Shown here: positions 21,672-32,345 of the stretch, one piece after another
Numbering within the stretch: position 1 is the stretch's first letter
Layout: each line of letters begins with the position of its first letter
From: an uncultured delta proteobacterium
GTDB taxonomy: Bacteria; Desulfobacterota; Zymogenia; Zymogenales; Zymogenaceae
Direction of reading: 5' to 3'
DNA: 64,000 nucleotides
Assembly (NCBI GenBank): GCA_963735595.1
Contig: CAVTLK010000001.1
Coordinates: 320,001 to 384,000 of the forward strand
Notes under the pieces: generated by a model
The model's input: only the letters and a program-made list of their open reading frames with translations
Databases searched by the model: none
What the model was told of the DNA's origin: nothing
Position numbers and translations under genes: made by a program

Positions 21672-22617
21672 CGGGCAAATCTCCCCTTGATCCGGTCCAC
21701 TACCCCCCTGGTGAGGCCTTCAGGCATGACAATCATAATAACCATCAGGATCGCTCCATATATGATGATATCAAATTCCTCAAAAAAGGAAAGGGACATC
21801 GGCAGGAGCGTAAGGACCGAGGCGCCGAATATGGACCCCCATATGCTTGCCATACCGCCTACAACGACCATCGTGACCAGCACGATCGAGACATTAAATC
21901 CGAAAGAGCTGGGGCTTATGAAGTTCATTACATGTGCAAAAAGGCTTCCGGCGATAGAAGCAAGCATAGCGCTGATAACAAACACGATGAGTTTATATCT
22001 CTTGATATCAATACCGACGGAGGCAGCCGCTATCTCTGACGTGTGAATAGCACGTAGCGCGCGCCCAACCCGCGATTTCACGATATTATTGCTGATGATC
22101 AGTACGCACATGGCGATCGTCCATACGAGGTAGTACTTCTTGAGGTCGTTATCAAAGGTAAAACCGAATACCGAAAGCTTCGGGATTCCCGTCAAGACCG
22201 GACGGACCGCCCGTAAGCCACCCCATCTCTTTAAGAACAATGTATATAATGATTCCGAACCCGAGCGTTGCCATGGCGAGGTACTGGCCACGTAACTTCA
22301 GGGATGGAATCCCGACTATCAGGGCAACCAATCCTACCAAAATGACTGCGATGACCGCAGCCACAATAGAATGTACCCCGTAGGTCGCCGTCAGGATTCC
22401 CGAGACGTACGCGCCGAGGCCGTAGAACGCCGCGTGCCCCAGCGATAATTGGCCGGCGTACCCCATCAAGAGGTTCAAGCCCAGGACAAGAATCGTATTG
22501 AGCCCGATCGTTACGAGCACGCTCAGGTAGTAGTTGCTCTGAAAGGAAAACGGGAAGTAGGGCCGCCGTCGCTATCAACGTCGACAAATAGAGTATATCC
22601 CGGTTGATCCTCATCAA
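21668..22617 (-). CDS. livM: LIV ABC permease LivM-like (frameshifted)
   Basis: GYAGQLSLGHAAFYG, KLRGQYLAMATLGFG, SRVGRALRAI, MVVVGG. Confidence 0.85.
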
Positions 22618-23502
22618 TTATACCCGCTTCACGTCACCGGAACCCAGGAGTCCCGTCGGCCGCACAAAGAGGACAAAAAGAAGTATTACGAATGCGATCG
22701 CATCCTTATACGCAGAGGATATGAGACCCGCCCCCAGTGACTCAAGAATACCGAGCACAAACCCCCCGATAATCGATCCGAGGACACTGCCCAGACCGCC
22801 GATTACGGCGCCGCAAAATCCCTTAAGCCCGAGCATAACGCCCATATCATAGCTTGCAAACGTGATGGGTGAAATAATGATACCGGCTACGGCGCCGAGC
22901 GCTCCCGAGAGGGCAAAGGAAAGCAGAACCATACGGTTCACCCTAATTCCAAGAAGACTTGCCGCACGCCTGTTAACGGCGCACGCCTTCATTGCTTTAC
23001 CCGTTATCGTGTATTCGAAAAAGAGCTGGAGCACCACGAGAATCAGGAACGTTGTCCCGATGATCCAGAGCGTCTGCGGTATTACGGAAGCCCCCCCGAT
23101 CTGGATAGGCGAGTCGCCGCTGAATGAGCTGAGCGGGTATGGGTCCTTACCCCAGGCAAGCATTGATACACCCCTGATGAATATGGAGGCACCGATTGTG
23201 ATAATGATGAGGGTTACGGGAGACGCCTTTTTCGCCGGCCTGATTATCGAAAGGTCAAATACCATCCCGATGACCGTTACTGAAGCCACGGCAGCAGCAA
23301 ACGCTATCGGCATCGGAAAATGCAGGACGGAGCTAAACGTAACCATAAACAGCGCGCCGAGCATCACGAACTCGCCCTGTGCGAAGTTGATAATTTCCGT
23401 GGAGTTATAGATAATCGTAAAGCCGAGGGCAACAATAGAGTAGATGCTTCCCTTCGTGATGCCGCCGATAAGGTACTGAAGAATTTGGTCAAAAAGGCTC
23501 AT
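22618..23502 (-). CDS. livH: LIV ABC permease LivH-like
   Basis: QYLIGGITKGSIYSIVALGF..INFAQGEF, GKAMKACA, KGFCGAVIGGLGS. Confidence 0.9.
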   Translation of the reverse strand: MSLFDQILQYLIGGITKGSIYSIVALGFTIIYNSTEIINFAQGEFVMLGALFMVTFSSVLHFPMPIAFAAAVASVTVIGMVFDLSIIRPAKKASPVTLIIITIGASIFIRGVSMLAWGKDPYPLSSFSGDSPIQIGGASVIPQTLWIIGTTFLILVVLQLFFEYTITGKAMKACAVNRRAASLLGIRVNRMVLLSFALSGALGAVAGIIISPITFASYDMGVMLGLKGFCGAVIGGLGSVLGSIIGGFVLGILESLGAGLISSAYKDAIAFVILLFVLFVRPTGLLGSGDVKRV

Positions 23503-23522
23503 GGCCTGCCTGTGACGGTAGA

Positions 23523-23556
23523 GAAAAAAGAGGCTAAACAAACGTGCTTAGCCTCA
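23523..23556 (-). terminator. intrinsic terminator/attenuator between livK and livH
   Basis: Minus strand reads GAGGCTAA-gcacgtttgt-TTAGCCTC-TTTTTT. Confidence 0.65.
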
Positions 23557-23582
23557 TTGCATTTTATCCTGATCTCATATAA

Positions 23583-24746
23583 CTATGGGAGTATCTTCCA
23601 TGTCCCGTTTTCGATAACGACCATAACAAAGGCTTCCTTAGTCAGGCCGTTATGATCTTCGGGGGTCATGTTGAAGATTCCACTGACGCCGATATATTCG
23701 GTTGTCATCTCTATGGAATCACGCAGTTTCGCCCTGTCGCCGCCCGATTCTTTGAGGGCGTTAGCAATAATGCCCATCCCATCCCACGCGTATCCACCGA
23801 ATCCGGATACCGGGACCTTAAAGGCTTCTTCGTATTTACTCTTGTATTCGAGCAGAACCGGTCCCTGAGGATCCGATCCCGGGAGCTGTTCGAGCACGAG
23901 GATCTTACCGGTGGGCAGGACGTTGCTGTTTGCCGCTTCCCCGGCGTATTCGATATACTTTGGCGAGGCAACACCGTGGCTTTGAATCAGGGGGATCGTA
24001 ATGCCGAGTTGGACGATGTTCTTTGCAACAATGGCCGGGCCGGGATTGGTGCCCCAGCAGACGATTGCACCCGCATCCGATCCCTTGATCTTGGTTAGCT
24101 GGGCGGTCATATCCTCGTCCTTCTCCCCGAAGGACTCTTCCATGACAATCTCGATCCCCGCCGCGGGCGCCTGCGCCTTGAGCTGTTCCTTGCCGCTGTC
24201 ACCATAGCCGTTCGAGACGGTCATGATGGCGATTTTTGTAATCCCTTTCGTCTTGAGATACTCATAGATCCGCTCAACCGCAATAACGTCGTTCTGGGGC
24301 GTCTTGAAGACCCACTTGTTTACCGGGGTCGTGATCTTGATACTTGCGGCGCATGAGATCAACGGCACCTGGTTTTCCTCGACGATCGGCATGATAGCAA
24401 AGGTGTTACCGGAGAGGCTCGGCCCCACGATCGCCAGGACTGCGTCCTTATCGATGAGTTTCTTGACCATATTGACGCATTTAGTGGCGTCTCCCTCGTC
24501 GTCATAGATGACCGCCTTGAGGGGGTGTCCGTCAATTCCGCCGTCCTCGTTGATCATATCGACAAACATATTCATGGAGTTCTTTTCGGGTTCACCGAGC
24601 GGTGAATTGCTCCCCGTTATTGAAAAGACCCCGCCGATGACGTACGGCTGAACCTCACCCTCGGTCTGTTCCTTCTGGCAGGCCGAGAAAACGAGCCCCG
24701 CACACACCAGACAGAAGGCAACGATAAACAGATGCTTCGCTTTCAT
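23583..24746 (-). CDS. livK: LIV/HAAT ABC substrate-binding lipoprotein
   Basis: Lipobox VFSA-C, INEDGGIDGH, WVFKTPQND, QSHGVAS, MTPEDHNGL. Confidence 0.88.
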   Translation of the reverse strand: MKAKHLFIVAFCLVCAGLVFSACQKEQTEGEVQPYVIGGVFSITGSNSPLGEPEKNSMNMFVDMINEDGGIDGHPLKAVIYDDEGDATKCVNMVKKLIDKDAVLAIVGPSLSGNTFAIMPIVEENQVPLISCAASIKITTPVNKWVFKTPQNDVIAVERIYEYLKTKGITKIAIMTVSNGYGDSGKEQLKAQAPAAGIEIVMEESFGEKDEDMTAQLTKIKGSDAGAIVCWGTNPGPAIVAKNIVQLGITIPLIQSHGVASPKYIEYAGEAANSNVLPTGKILVLEQLPGSDPQGPVLLEYKSKYEEAFKVPVSGFGGYAWDGMGIIANALKESGGDRAKLRDSIEMTTEYIGVSGIFNMTPEDHNGLTKEAFVMVVIENGTWKILP

Positions 24747-24783
24747 GGATGATACCTCACCAATAATTACTAATAAATGCCGG

Positions 24784-25215
24784 TTACAGGGAATAGACCT
24801 TTTCCCCGGGCAGAACCACGATTTTATTGTCCGTCAGTACGGATATCGCCCTGTCGATGTCGTCAAACCTGAAGATGATGACGGCGTCCTTGCCGCTGCG
24901 CTCCACAAAGGCGTACATGTACTCCACGTTGATATCTTTCTTCCTGAGGACATCAAGAATATAGGCGAGTCCCCCGGGCCTGTCGGATACCTCGACCGCA
25001 ATTACCTCTGTCTTGCCGACGGTAAAGTTATGTTTCTTGAGGATTTCTTTCGCCTTCTCGGTATTATTCACGATTAAACGGAGAATACCGAAGTCGGAGG
25101 TATCGGCCAGGGACAGCGCACGGATATTGACGCCCCCGTCTCCGAGTATTTTCGTGACCTCGGCCAGCCTCCCCGATTTATTTTCCAGAAATATGGAAAT
25201 CTGTTCGACTTTCAT
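24784..25215 (-). CDS. tandem ACT-domain (amino acid-binding) protein
   Basis: [33 protein letters not shown] and [14 protein letters not shown]. Confidence 0.9.
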   Translation of the reverse strand: MKVEQISIFLENKSGRLAEVTKILGDGGVNIRALSLADTSDFGILRLIVNNTEKAKEILKKHNFTVGKTEVIAVEVSDRPGGLAYILDVLRKKDINVEYMYAFVERSGKDAVIIFRFDDIDRAISVLTDNKIVVLPGEKVYSL

Positions 25216-25229
25216 AGCCTCACCCTCCA

Positions 25230-26532
25230 CTAAAGCTTTCGTTTATCGATAACCCTGACGGCCTTGCCCTCGCTGCGCGTTATCGATTTGGGCTCGACGA
25301 GCTTGACCGTGGCGTTTACCCCGAGGATTTCTTTGACATCCTTTTCGATGCGTTTTTCAACGAGCTGAAGCTTCTTTATCTCGTCAGAAAATAGCGCTTC
25401 ATTTACCTCAACTTTGATTTCAAGTATGTCAAGGGGACCTTCGCGATCAACGGTCAGCAGATAATGCGGCTCAACCCCTTCGATTTCGAGAAGGATTCCC
25501 TCTATCTGTGACGGGAATACGTTTACTCCCCTGATGATAAGCATGTCGTCCGTTCTACCGCTTACCCGATCCATGCGTGCGTGCGTCCTGCCGCATCGGC
25601 ACATCTCCGGGTTAAGCCGGGATATATCCCGCGTTCTATACCGAATGAGGGGAATCGCTTCCTTGGTAATCGTCGTAAAGACCAGTTCACCCTTTTCGCC
25701 ATAGGGCAACGCCTTACCCGTCTTGGGATCGATAATTTCGGGGATAAAGTGATCTTCAAAGATATGAAGACCTTTTTTCTCTTCAACGCACTCCGTAGCC
25801 ACGCCGGGACCGATAACTTCTGAAAGCCCATAGATATCCACGGCATCGAGATTGAGCTTCTTCTCGATTTCCTCACGCATCTTGTTTGACCAGGGCTCCG
25901 CCCCAAAGACTCCCGCCCGGAGCTTCATCTTTTTGAAATCAACTCCCATTTCCTGGGCGACCTCGGCCATGAAGAGGGCGTAGGACGGCGTGCAGGCAAG
26001 TATCGTCGATCCGAAATCCTGCATGATCATGATCTGGCGCTTGGTGTTGCCCCCCGATATCGGAATAACCGAAGCCCCGAGACGTTCGGCTCCGTAATGT
26101 AAACCCAGGCCGCCGGTAAACAAGGCCGTACCCGTACGCGTTATGGACGATATCGTGCTTGGTGGCGCCGGCCGCCGACAGCGTTCTGGCGATCAGCTCC
26201 GCCCAGAGCTCGATATCCTTTTTTGTATATCCGACTACCGTTGCCTTCCCGGTAGTTCCCGATGACGCGTGTATCCTGACCACGTCCTCCATAGGTACGG
26301 TAAAAAGCCCGAACGGGTAATTGTCTCGTAGGTCCTGCTTTTCCGTGAACGGGAGTTTTTGCAGATCATCAATAGACTTTATATCATTCGGCTTGAAGCC
26401 GGCCTCATCGAATTTCTTTTTATAGAACGGCACCCGCTCATAAACCCTTTTGGCTACATCCTGAAGCCGTTTGAGCTGCAGCGCCTCAATCGCCGGCCTC
26501 GGCAGGGTTTCGAACTCTTCATTGAAAATCAT
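25230..26532 (-). CDS. paaK: phenylacetate--CoA ligase, canonical (frameshift near 26125)
   Basis: [19 protein letters not shown] across the frameshift, GAEPW, YGLSE, RYRTRD, C-terminal [11 protein letters not shown]. Confidence 0.92.
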
Positions 26533-26541
26533 TAAGACCTC

Positions 26542-27132
26542 CTATCGTATACGGTCGGTGTTCCTGCCGATTTCGAAGCCAGACAGGTTTACGTCCACCA
26601 CCTTCTTCGGTACGCGCCTCCTGATAACCGATTCCCAGACACCCTGGGGGACATCGAGGTACCTCGAAAGATATCCCAGGATAATAGTTCCCATCGTCCT
26701 CGGGTTACCGTTATCCCTGGAAAGCGCAACACCGTCTATCAGCGCGACCCTGGAAAAATACCTGGTAAAGATATCGTATATTCCCTCAGGGTATTGTTCA
26801 ACCCCGAGTGACACCGACGGCGGATTGAGCCGGTAGTCATTGAGTATGACCAGCGAGTCCGGCTTCAAGAAATCGACGGAACGAAGCGCCTCCAGCATCT
26901 CCAGGCAGTAGAGAATATCGACCTGCCGCCGGGCGATGAGCGGTGAATAGACCTTTTTGCCGAATCGTATGTGACTTGAGACGCTTCCGCCCCGCTGGGC
27001 CATGCCGTGGACTTCGCTCTTCTTTACGTCAAAGCCCGCTTCCATGAGCGACTCGGCTAGAATATCCGAGGCCAATATGATTCCCTGGCCCCCTACCCCT
27101 ACCATCAGAATGTTTGTAACCGTATTAGTCAA
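26542..27132 (-). CDS. iorB: indolepyruvate:ferredoxin oxidoreductase beta subunit
   Basis: GVGGQGIILAS, KKSEVHGMAQRGGSV. Confidence 0.93.
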   Translation of the reverse strand: MTNTVTNILMVGVGGQGIILASDILAESLMEAGFDVKKSEVHGMAQRGGSVSSHIRFGKKVYSPLIARRQVDILYCLEMLEALRSVDFLKPDSLVILNDYRLNPPSVSLGVEQYPEGIYDIFTRYFSRVALIDGVALSRDNGNPRTMGTIILGYLSRYLDVPQGVWESVIRRRVPKKVVDVNLSGFEIGRNTDRIR

Positions 27133-28921
27133 GAGGACGTCTCACAATAGCGTCGAATTTACAGAGTGAACGACAGACACCGCATCCTATACAGAGTGAG
27201 GGTTCAATAGACGACCTTCCGCTCTTTCCCTTTGCGTTTGTTTCCTTCGGTTCCCAACCAATAGCGGGACATCCCGAGCATGAGACATGACTTGCATCCC
27301 GTACAAAGTCCGCTATCCACCGTAAGGGGATACCAGTCGTCTCTTCTGCTTTTCGGAAGTAGTATGCAGGGGGACTCGGATATGATAACCGACGTTTCCG
27401 GAGCATTGAGCTCCTCTTCTATCGCCGATTGAGCTTCCTTAATGTTGTATGGATCTATGGTTCTTACCCGCCGTATTCCGAGTGCCCGGGCAAGCGCCGC
27501 AATATCCACGGAGTTGGTCTTCTCACCCATCAGGGTAAATCCGGTCCCGGGATGTGCTGGGCGCCCGTCATCGCGGTCGTGCTGTTATTGAGAACGATAA
27601 TGGTGGCCGTCGATTTATTATAGGCCGCGTCCATCAGCGAGGTGATGCCGGAATGGAAGAAGGTCGAATCGCCAATAACGGCCGCCACCTTTCCCTGTCC
27701 CCGACTCTTTTAGGACCTTGTCCATACCGACGGCGTGCCCAATGCTCGCGCCCATGCATAGGCACGTATCTATTGCATTTAGGGGTGGAAGAAACGCCAG
27801 CGTATAGCACCCGATATCGCCGGTGACAAAGACCTTCTTTTTCGAGAGGACATAGAAAACGCCCCGATGCGGACATCCCGGGCACATATTGGGCGGACGC
27901 GCCGGGAGATGCGGGATTTCGTAGGTCGTGGAAGGCATCTCATCATCAAGGTCGTCTATGAAGGCATCTCGAACGATATCGAGATTGATTTCGCCAAGCA
28001 TCGGCAGGTGCTCCTTCCCCGTTACGCGAATACCCATCGCCCGCACCTGTTCCTCGATAAAAGGGTCGAGTTCTTCTATGACGATCAGGTCTTTTACTTT
28101 CTGCGCGAATTCCCGGATCATCTTTTCGGGCAGTGGGTATACCATACCGAGCTTTAGGATTGACGCGTCGGGGAACACCTCACGCGCGTACTGATACGAT
28201 ATGCCGGCCGTAATGATACCGAGATCGGTTTGTCCCCATTCAATCCTATTTTCGGAAAAGCCGTTCGAAAACGACCTGAGGCTTTCCATTCGCTCTTCGA
28301 CGACAACATGCCGCTTTCTGGCGTTATTCGGAAGCATCACGAGCCGTTCCGGGTCTTTTACTATGCCGATCTTTTTCTTGTATTTCTCCCGCTCGATCTC
28401 AGACAGGACAACCGGCGATTGTGAGTGCGAAATCCTGGTGGTCGTTCGGAGCATGACCGGGGTGTTAAATTCCTCGGAGATCGAAAAGGCTATACGTTAC
28501 GAAGTCCTTTGCCTCCTGACTGTCGCTCGGCTCGATCATCGGGACCTTGGCGAATTTTGCGTAGTTGCGGTTATCCTGTTCGTTCTGAGAGCTGTGAAGC
28601 TCCGGGTCGTCCGCCGTAATCAGAACAAGACCTCCCCTGATTCCGGTATACGAGAGGGTAAAGAATGGATCTGCGGCGACATTAACACCCACATGTTTCA
28701 TCGCCACGAGGGTTCGTCCCCCCGCGTAACAGGCACCAACACCGACCTCCAGCGCAACCTTTTCGTTGGGGGACCACTCGCAGTATATCCCCTCGTAGTT
28801 TCTTTATTTCTTCAAGGATTTCGGTGGATGGAGTACCCGGATAAGCCGAGGCAAATACAACACCGCATTCGTAGGCGCCCCGGGCAATCGCTTCGTTCCC
28901 AGACAGGAGTTTCTTTTCCAT
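27125..28921 (-). CDS. iorA: indolepyruvate:ferredoxin oxidoreductase alpha subunit (several frameshifts)
   Basis: LSGNEAIARG, YPGTPSTE, MKHVGVNVAAD, SSQNEQD, RPPNMCPGCPH, GDIGCYTL, C-terminal ferredoxin CIGCGVC. Confidence 0.92.
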
Positions 28922-29598
28922 TAGTTATTCCCCGGGTTCTGGCCGATCTTCTCCTCAATGAGCCGGGGCGTGGGATGAATCAGGGAAATGGGTCAGGTAT
29001 TCCTTGGCGTAGGTCTTGACTTCGTCTTTTTTACCGGCTCTCTCAAGGTTCCTGATAAGATCCAGATATGCTTCCTCACGATTCGGAGAGATAAGCCGTT
29101 TAAATAGTCTCGGAGGCCTTTTCGTAATCGCCCATCTGCTCGTATGAATAGCCAATGTTTTCGGTGGCGATATCTTTAAAGGGGCCCTTCAGTTTTCTTC
29201 TCTGCCGATTTAAATGCATCCAGGGCCTCGTCATACTTCTTCAAATCGAAGAGTACATTTCCCTGGTACAGGATAGCAATCTTCCTTGCCTTGGATAAGG
29301 GGTATTTCTTTGCTATCGTTTCAAACACGAGGAGCGTCTTTCCAAGTTCTTCCTCGCTGCTCCCGGCGCTATGGTATAGCTGGATACCGTTGTTCAGGAT
29401 CTCCTGTGATTCGGTCTGCCGGTGAAAATAGAGGAAAGAGCCGGCGATAATGCCCACCGCCGCGGTCACGACTAACGATACGGTTATATAAAAGAAGAGT
29501 TGATTGCCGTAAAAATACTGTATGACTTTTGCCCACGTGGAGATAAATTCATCCGGCTTAATTCCGGCCCTCTTTTTACTTATTCTTCTTCTGGCCAA
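28921..29598 (-). CDS. membrane-anchored TPR protein (YfgM-like; frameshifted)
   Basis: Basic N-terminus, KPDEFIST, one TM helix, TPR-like helices. Remainder is in other frames and ends just before the iorA ATG. Confidence 0.65.
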
Positions 29599-29638
29599 TG
29601 ATCGTGACTCCTTGGATTAATCAGGCTATCCGGGATGA

Positions 29639-30001
29639 CTACTTCATGCCGATCCCTTCCATGTGTACCTTCCCCTCGAAGAACGCCCCGTCCGAAACAG
29701 CAAGCTGCTTACATTCCATGTCGGCGGTAATATTGGCATTGCTCATTAACTCGATTTTTTCTTCGATCTTTAGCGTTCCTTCTACCCTTCCCTCTATAAC
29801 AACATTGATGGCCTTAACCGTCCCTTTAACACGGCCGGTGGCGCCCACTTGGACACTCGCACGAATATCGATATCTCCTACGAGCTCACCGTTTATCAGT
29901 ATATCCTCCGAACCGGTAATGTTGCCCGTAAACGTCGTATGCTCTCCAATCTGCGAGTTGAGTTCCAGGGACTTTCCCGCTTCATCAGTTTTCTTATTCA
30001 T
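29639..30001 (-). CDS. bactofilin (polymer-forming cytoskeletal protein)
   Basis: IGEHTTFTGNI...INGELVGDI...VGATGRVKG...VIEGRVEG...GAFFEG beta-helix repeats. Confidence 0.9.
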   Translation of the reverse strand: MNKKTDEAGKSLELNSQIGEHTTFTGNITGSEDILINGELVGDIDIRASVQVGATGRVKGTVKAINVVIEGRVEGTLKIEEKIELMSNANITADMECKQLAVSDGAFFEGKVHMEGIGMK

Positions 30002-30062
30002 GAAATACTCCGATTATAAAGCTCGTGAAATTAAGCTTATATAACAAAATCTCCTTTGTTTG

Positions 30063-30446
30063 TCAAGGCTTAAAAGGATGTCTCGAATCTTTATTCAAGT
30101 ACCGAAACATTACGTACGACCCCAGGATCGACCCGGATGTATTGCAGACGATATCCAGGATATCGAACTCGCGAAGCGGTACAAACAGCTGGTGGATTTC
30201 ATCTGAAAGTCCGTACAGCGATGAGCCGATAGCCGAAATCCAGAATAGTGCGTTTAGTCTGATTGTGCTGCTGAGTCGTAACGAAATAAAAAGAAGCAGG
30301 GAGAGAATCGAATACTCTACGGCGTGAATAAGCTTATCGATTCCGGGACCGTCAATATCAATGCGATCACCCGGAATCGACGATCCGACAAAGATGAGAA
30401 CTGAGTATACGGTAAACGCCGCCCACGCGACGTATTTTTTATTCAC
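30063..30446 (-). CDS. VanZ family membrane protein
   Basis: DKLIHAVEY, YGLSDEIHQLFVPLR..DIVCN. Confidence 0.88.
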   Translation of the reverse strand: MNKKYVAWAAFTVYSVLIFVGSSIPGDRIDIDGPGIDKLIHAVEYSILSLLLFISLRLSSTIRLNALFWISAIGSSLYGLSDEIHQLFVPLREFDILDIVCNTSGSILGSYVMFRYLNKDSRHPFKP

Positions 30447-30480
30447 CGGGATTAGTCAGTCGATCAGAATCCATGTACAC

Positions 30481-30987
30481 TCACATTTTGTATTTTCCGA
30501 AATCTTCCGGGTTGAGGTTTTCGAGGATTTCGGCCCACTTCTTCTTTGCCTCTTCAGAAGTCATATCATCCGGTTTGCTAAGCTCGATACGTTTTGATTT
30601 CTCGATGACATCCTCTTCCATATAGATCTTGGCGTTTGTTCTGAGTGCTATCGCTATCGCGTCGCTGGGACGGGAGTCTATTCGGTGCTCCACGCCGCGT
30701 GACGTCATATATATCGTGGCGTAGTACGTATTATCCTTCAGGTCGTTCACAACGATCTTACTGATTACGACTTCGAGTTTTTCCAGCATTTCCTTAAAGA
30801 GGTCATGCGTCATCGGGCGTGCAAACTGGATGTTTTCGAGTACCGTTGCAATAGCGCTGGCTTCGAGCAATCCAATCCAGATAGGCACCGTGCTCTTTTC
30901 TTCCATATCCCTCAGTATAACGATCGGGACATTTGTAAACGGATCGATTGCCATACCGCTGATTTTCATTTCCTTTGGCATCAGCAT
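30481..30987 (-). CDS. bifunctional nuclease family (DUF151) protein
   Basis: PIWIGLLEA, RPMTHDL, DSRPSDAIAIALR. Confidence 0.92.
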   Translation of the reverse strand: MLMPKEMKISGMAIDPFTNVPIVILRDMEEKSTVPIWIGLLEASAIATVLENIQFARPMTHDLFKEMLEKLEVVISKIVVNDLKDNTYYATIYMTSRGVEHRIDSRPSDAIAIALRTNAKIYMEEDVIEKSKRIELSKPDDMTSEEAKKKWAEILENLNPEDFGKYKM

Positions 30988-30999
30988 CTCCTTTCCGGA

Positions 31000-32337
31000 C
31001 TAGCCCACCGCCTCTCCCCATAGGGAGTTGTTCTTGGCCTTGATGATTCTCACCGGCACAAGGGTTCCGACACTCTCGTGCGCTCCTTTGAAATTCACGA
31101 CCTTGTTTTGCCGGGATCTTCCGGTAATCTCCCGTGGGTTCTTAACGCTGCTACCAACGGCGAGTACTTCCTCGATTCCATTGACCGAGCCGCTATTACG
31201 GATCAGCGTATGCTTCTTCTGCAGTTCCTGTAAAATATGCAAACGAGCGCTCTTATCCATTTCAGCCACGTCGTCCGCCGAAGAGGCGGCCGCCGTACCG
31301 GGACGGGGTGAGTACTTAAAGGAGTACGCGCCGTCAAATACCACCTCTTCCATAAGCCCGAGGGTCTGTAAGAAATCGGCCTGGGTTTCGCCCGGAAAAC
31401 CGACAATGATATCGGTCGTCACGGAAATATCAGGACGGGCCTTTCTGAGCTTTTGAACCTTTTCGATGTACTGTTCCCGGGTGTACCCCCTATTCATAAG
31501 ACTGAGAATCCTGTTGGACCCCGATTGAACGGGAAGATGTATGTGCGAACAGAGGGCGTCTATTTTTTGATATCGGTCAATCAGGTCGTCCGAAAGATCC
31601 TTTGGATGGGACGTGATAAAGCGGATACGTTTGACTGACTCTATCCCCGCCACACGGTCCAGCAACCCCGAAAACGTAAAGCCGTTAATTGGGTCACTAT
31701 ACGAATTGACATTCTGTCCTAACAGGATGACCTCAATAAATCCTTCTTGCGTAACCTGCCGTATTTCAGACATGATCTCGTCGGCGGGTCGTGACAGCTC
31801 GGCGCCCCGCACCAGAGGGACGATACAGTACGAGCACCAGTTATTACATCCCTGCATAATAGTCACGTACGCAGAGTAGTGCTCCTTCACACGTGGAAAC
31901 GGTCGTATATAGGGGCTTCGGCAAAAACCGGTTTCTATCCGTGAGCGCCTCTCCCTTCGAATATCTGCGATAAGCTCGTCGATCCGATTAACCTGATGCG
32001 TTCCCAGCACGAGATCTACGTACGGGAACCTCCCCATGATCCGGGCGCCTCGCTGTTGTGCGACACAGCCAGATACAACGACAATTAACTCCGGTTTTCT
32101 TTCCTTGATTGATCGATACTTACCGATGTCACTGTATGTTTTTTCTTCCGGTTTTTCTCGGATACTGCAGGTATTGATGATTATCACGTCCGCACGGTCG
32201 GGATCGGCGGTCGTTGTGTACCCGGCGGCCGATAGGAGCCCAACCATCCTTTGCGAATCGTATTCATTCATCTGGCAGCCGTAAGTCCTGATATGGACGG
32301 CACCGGTTTGGGGAATATGGTTTACGTATCCGTTCAT
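31000..32337 (-). CDS. miaB: tRNA-2-methylthio-N6-dimethylallyladenosine synthase
   Basis: TYGCQMNEYDS, NTCSIRE, GCVAQ, GCNNWCSYCIVP, LLGQNVN, HLPVQSGS, TRAM domain. Confidence 0.95.
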   Translation of the reverse strand: MNGYVNHIPQTGAVHIRTYGCQMNEYDSQRMVGLLSAAGYTTTADPDRADVIIINTCSIREKPEEKTYSDIGKYRSIKERKPELIVVVSGCVAQQRGARIMGRFPYVDLVLGTHQVNRIDELIADIRRERRSRIETGFCRSPYIRPFPRVKEHYSAYVTIMQGCNNWCSYCIVPLVRGAELSRPADEIMSEIRQVTQEGFIEVILLGQNVNSYSDPINGFTFSGLLDRVAGIESVKRIRFITSHPKDLSDDLIDRYQKIDALCSHIHLPVQSGSNRILSLMNRGYTREQYIEKVQKLRKARPDISVTTDIIVGFPGETQADFLQTLGLMEEVVFDGAYSFKYSPRPGTAAASSADDVAEMDKSARLHILQELQKKHTLIRNSGSVNGIEEVLAVGSSVKNPREITGRSRQNKVVNFKGAHESVGTLVPVRIIKAKNNSLWGEAVG

Positions 32338-32345
32338 ATTACACG

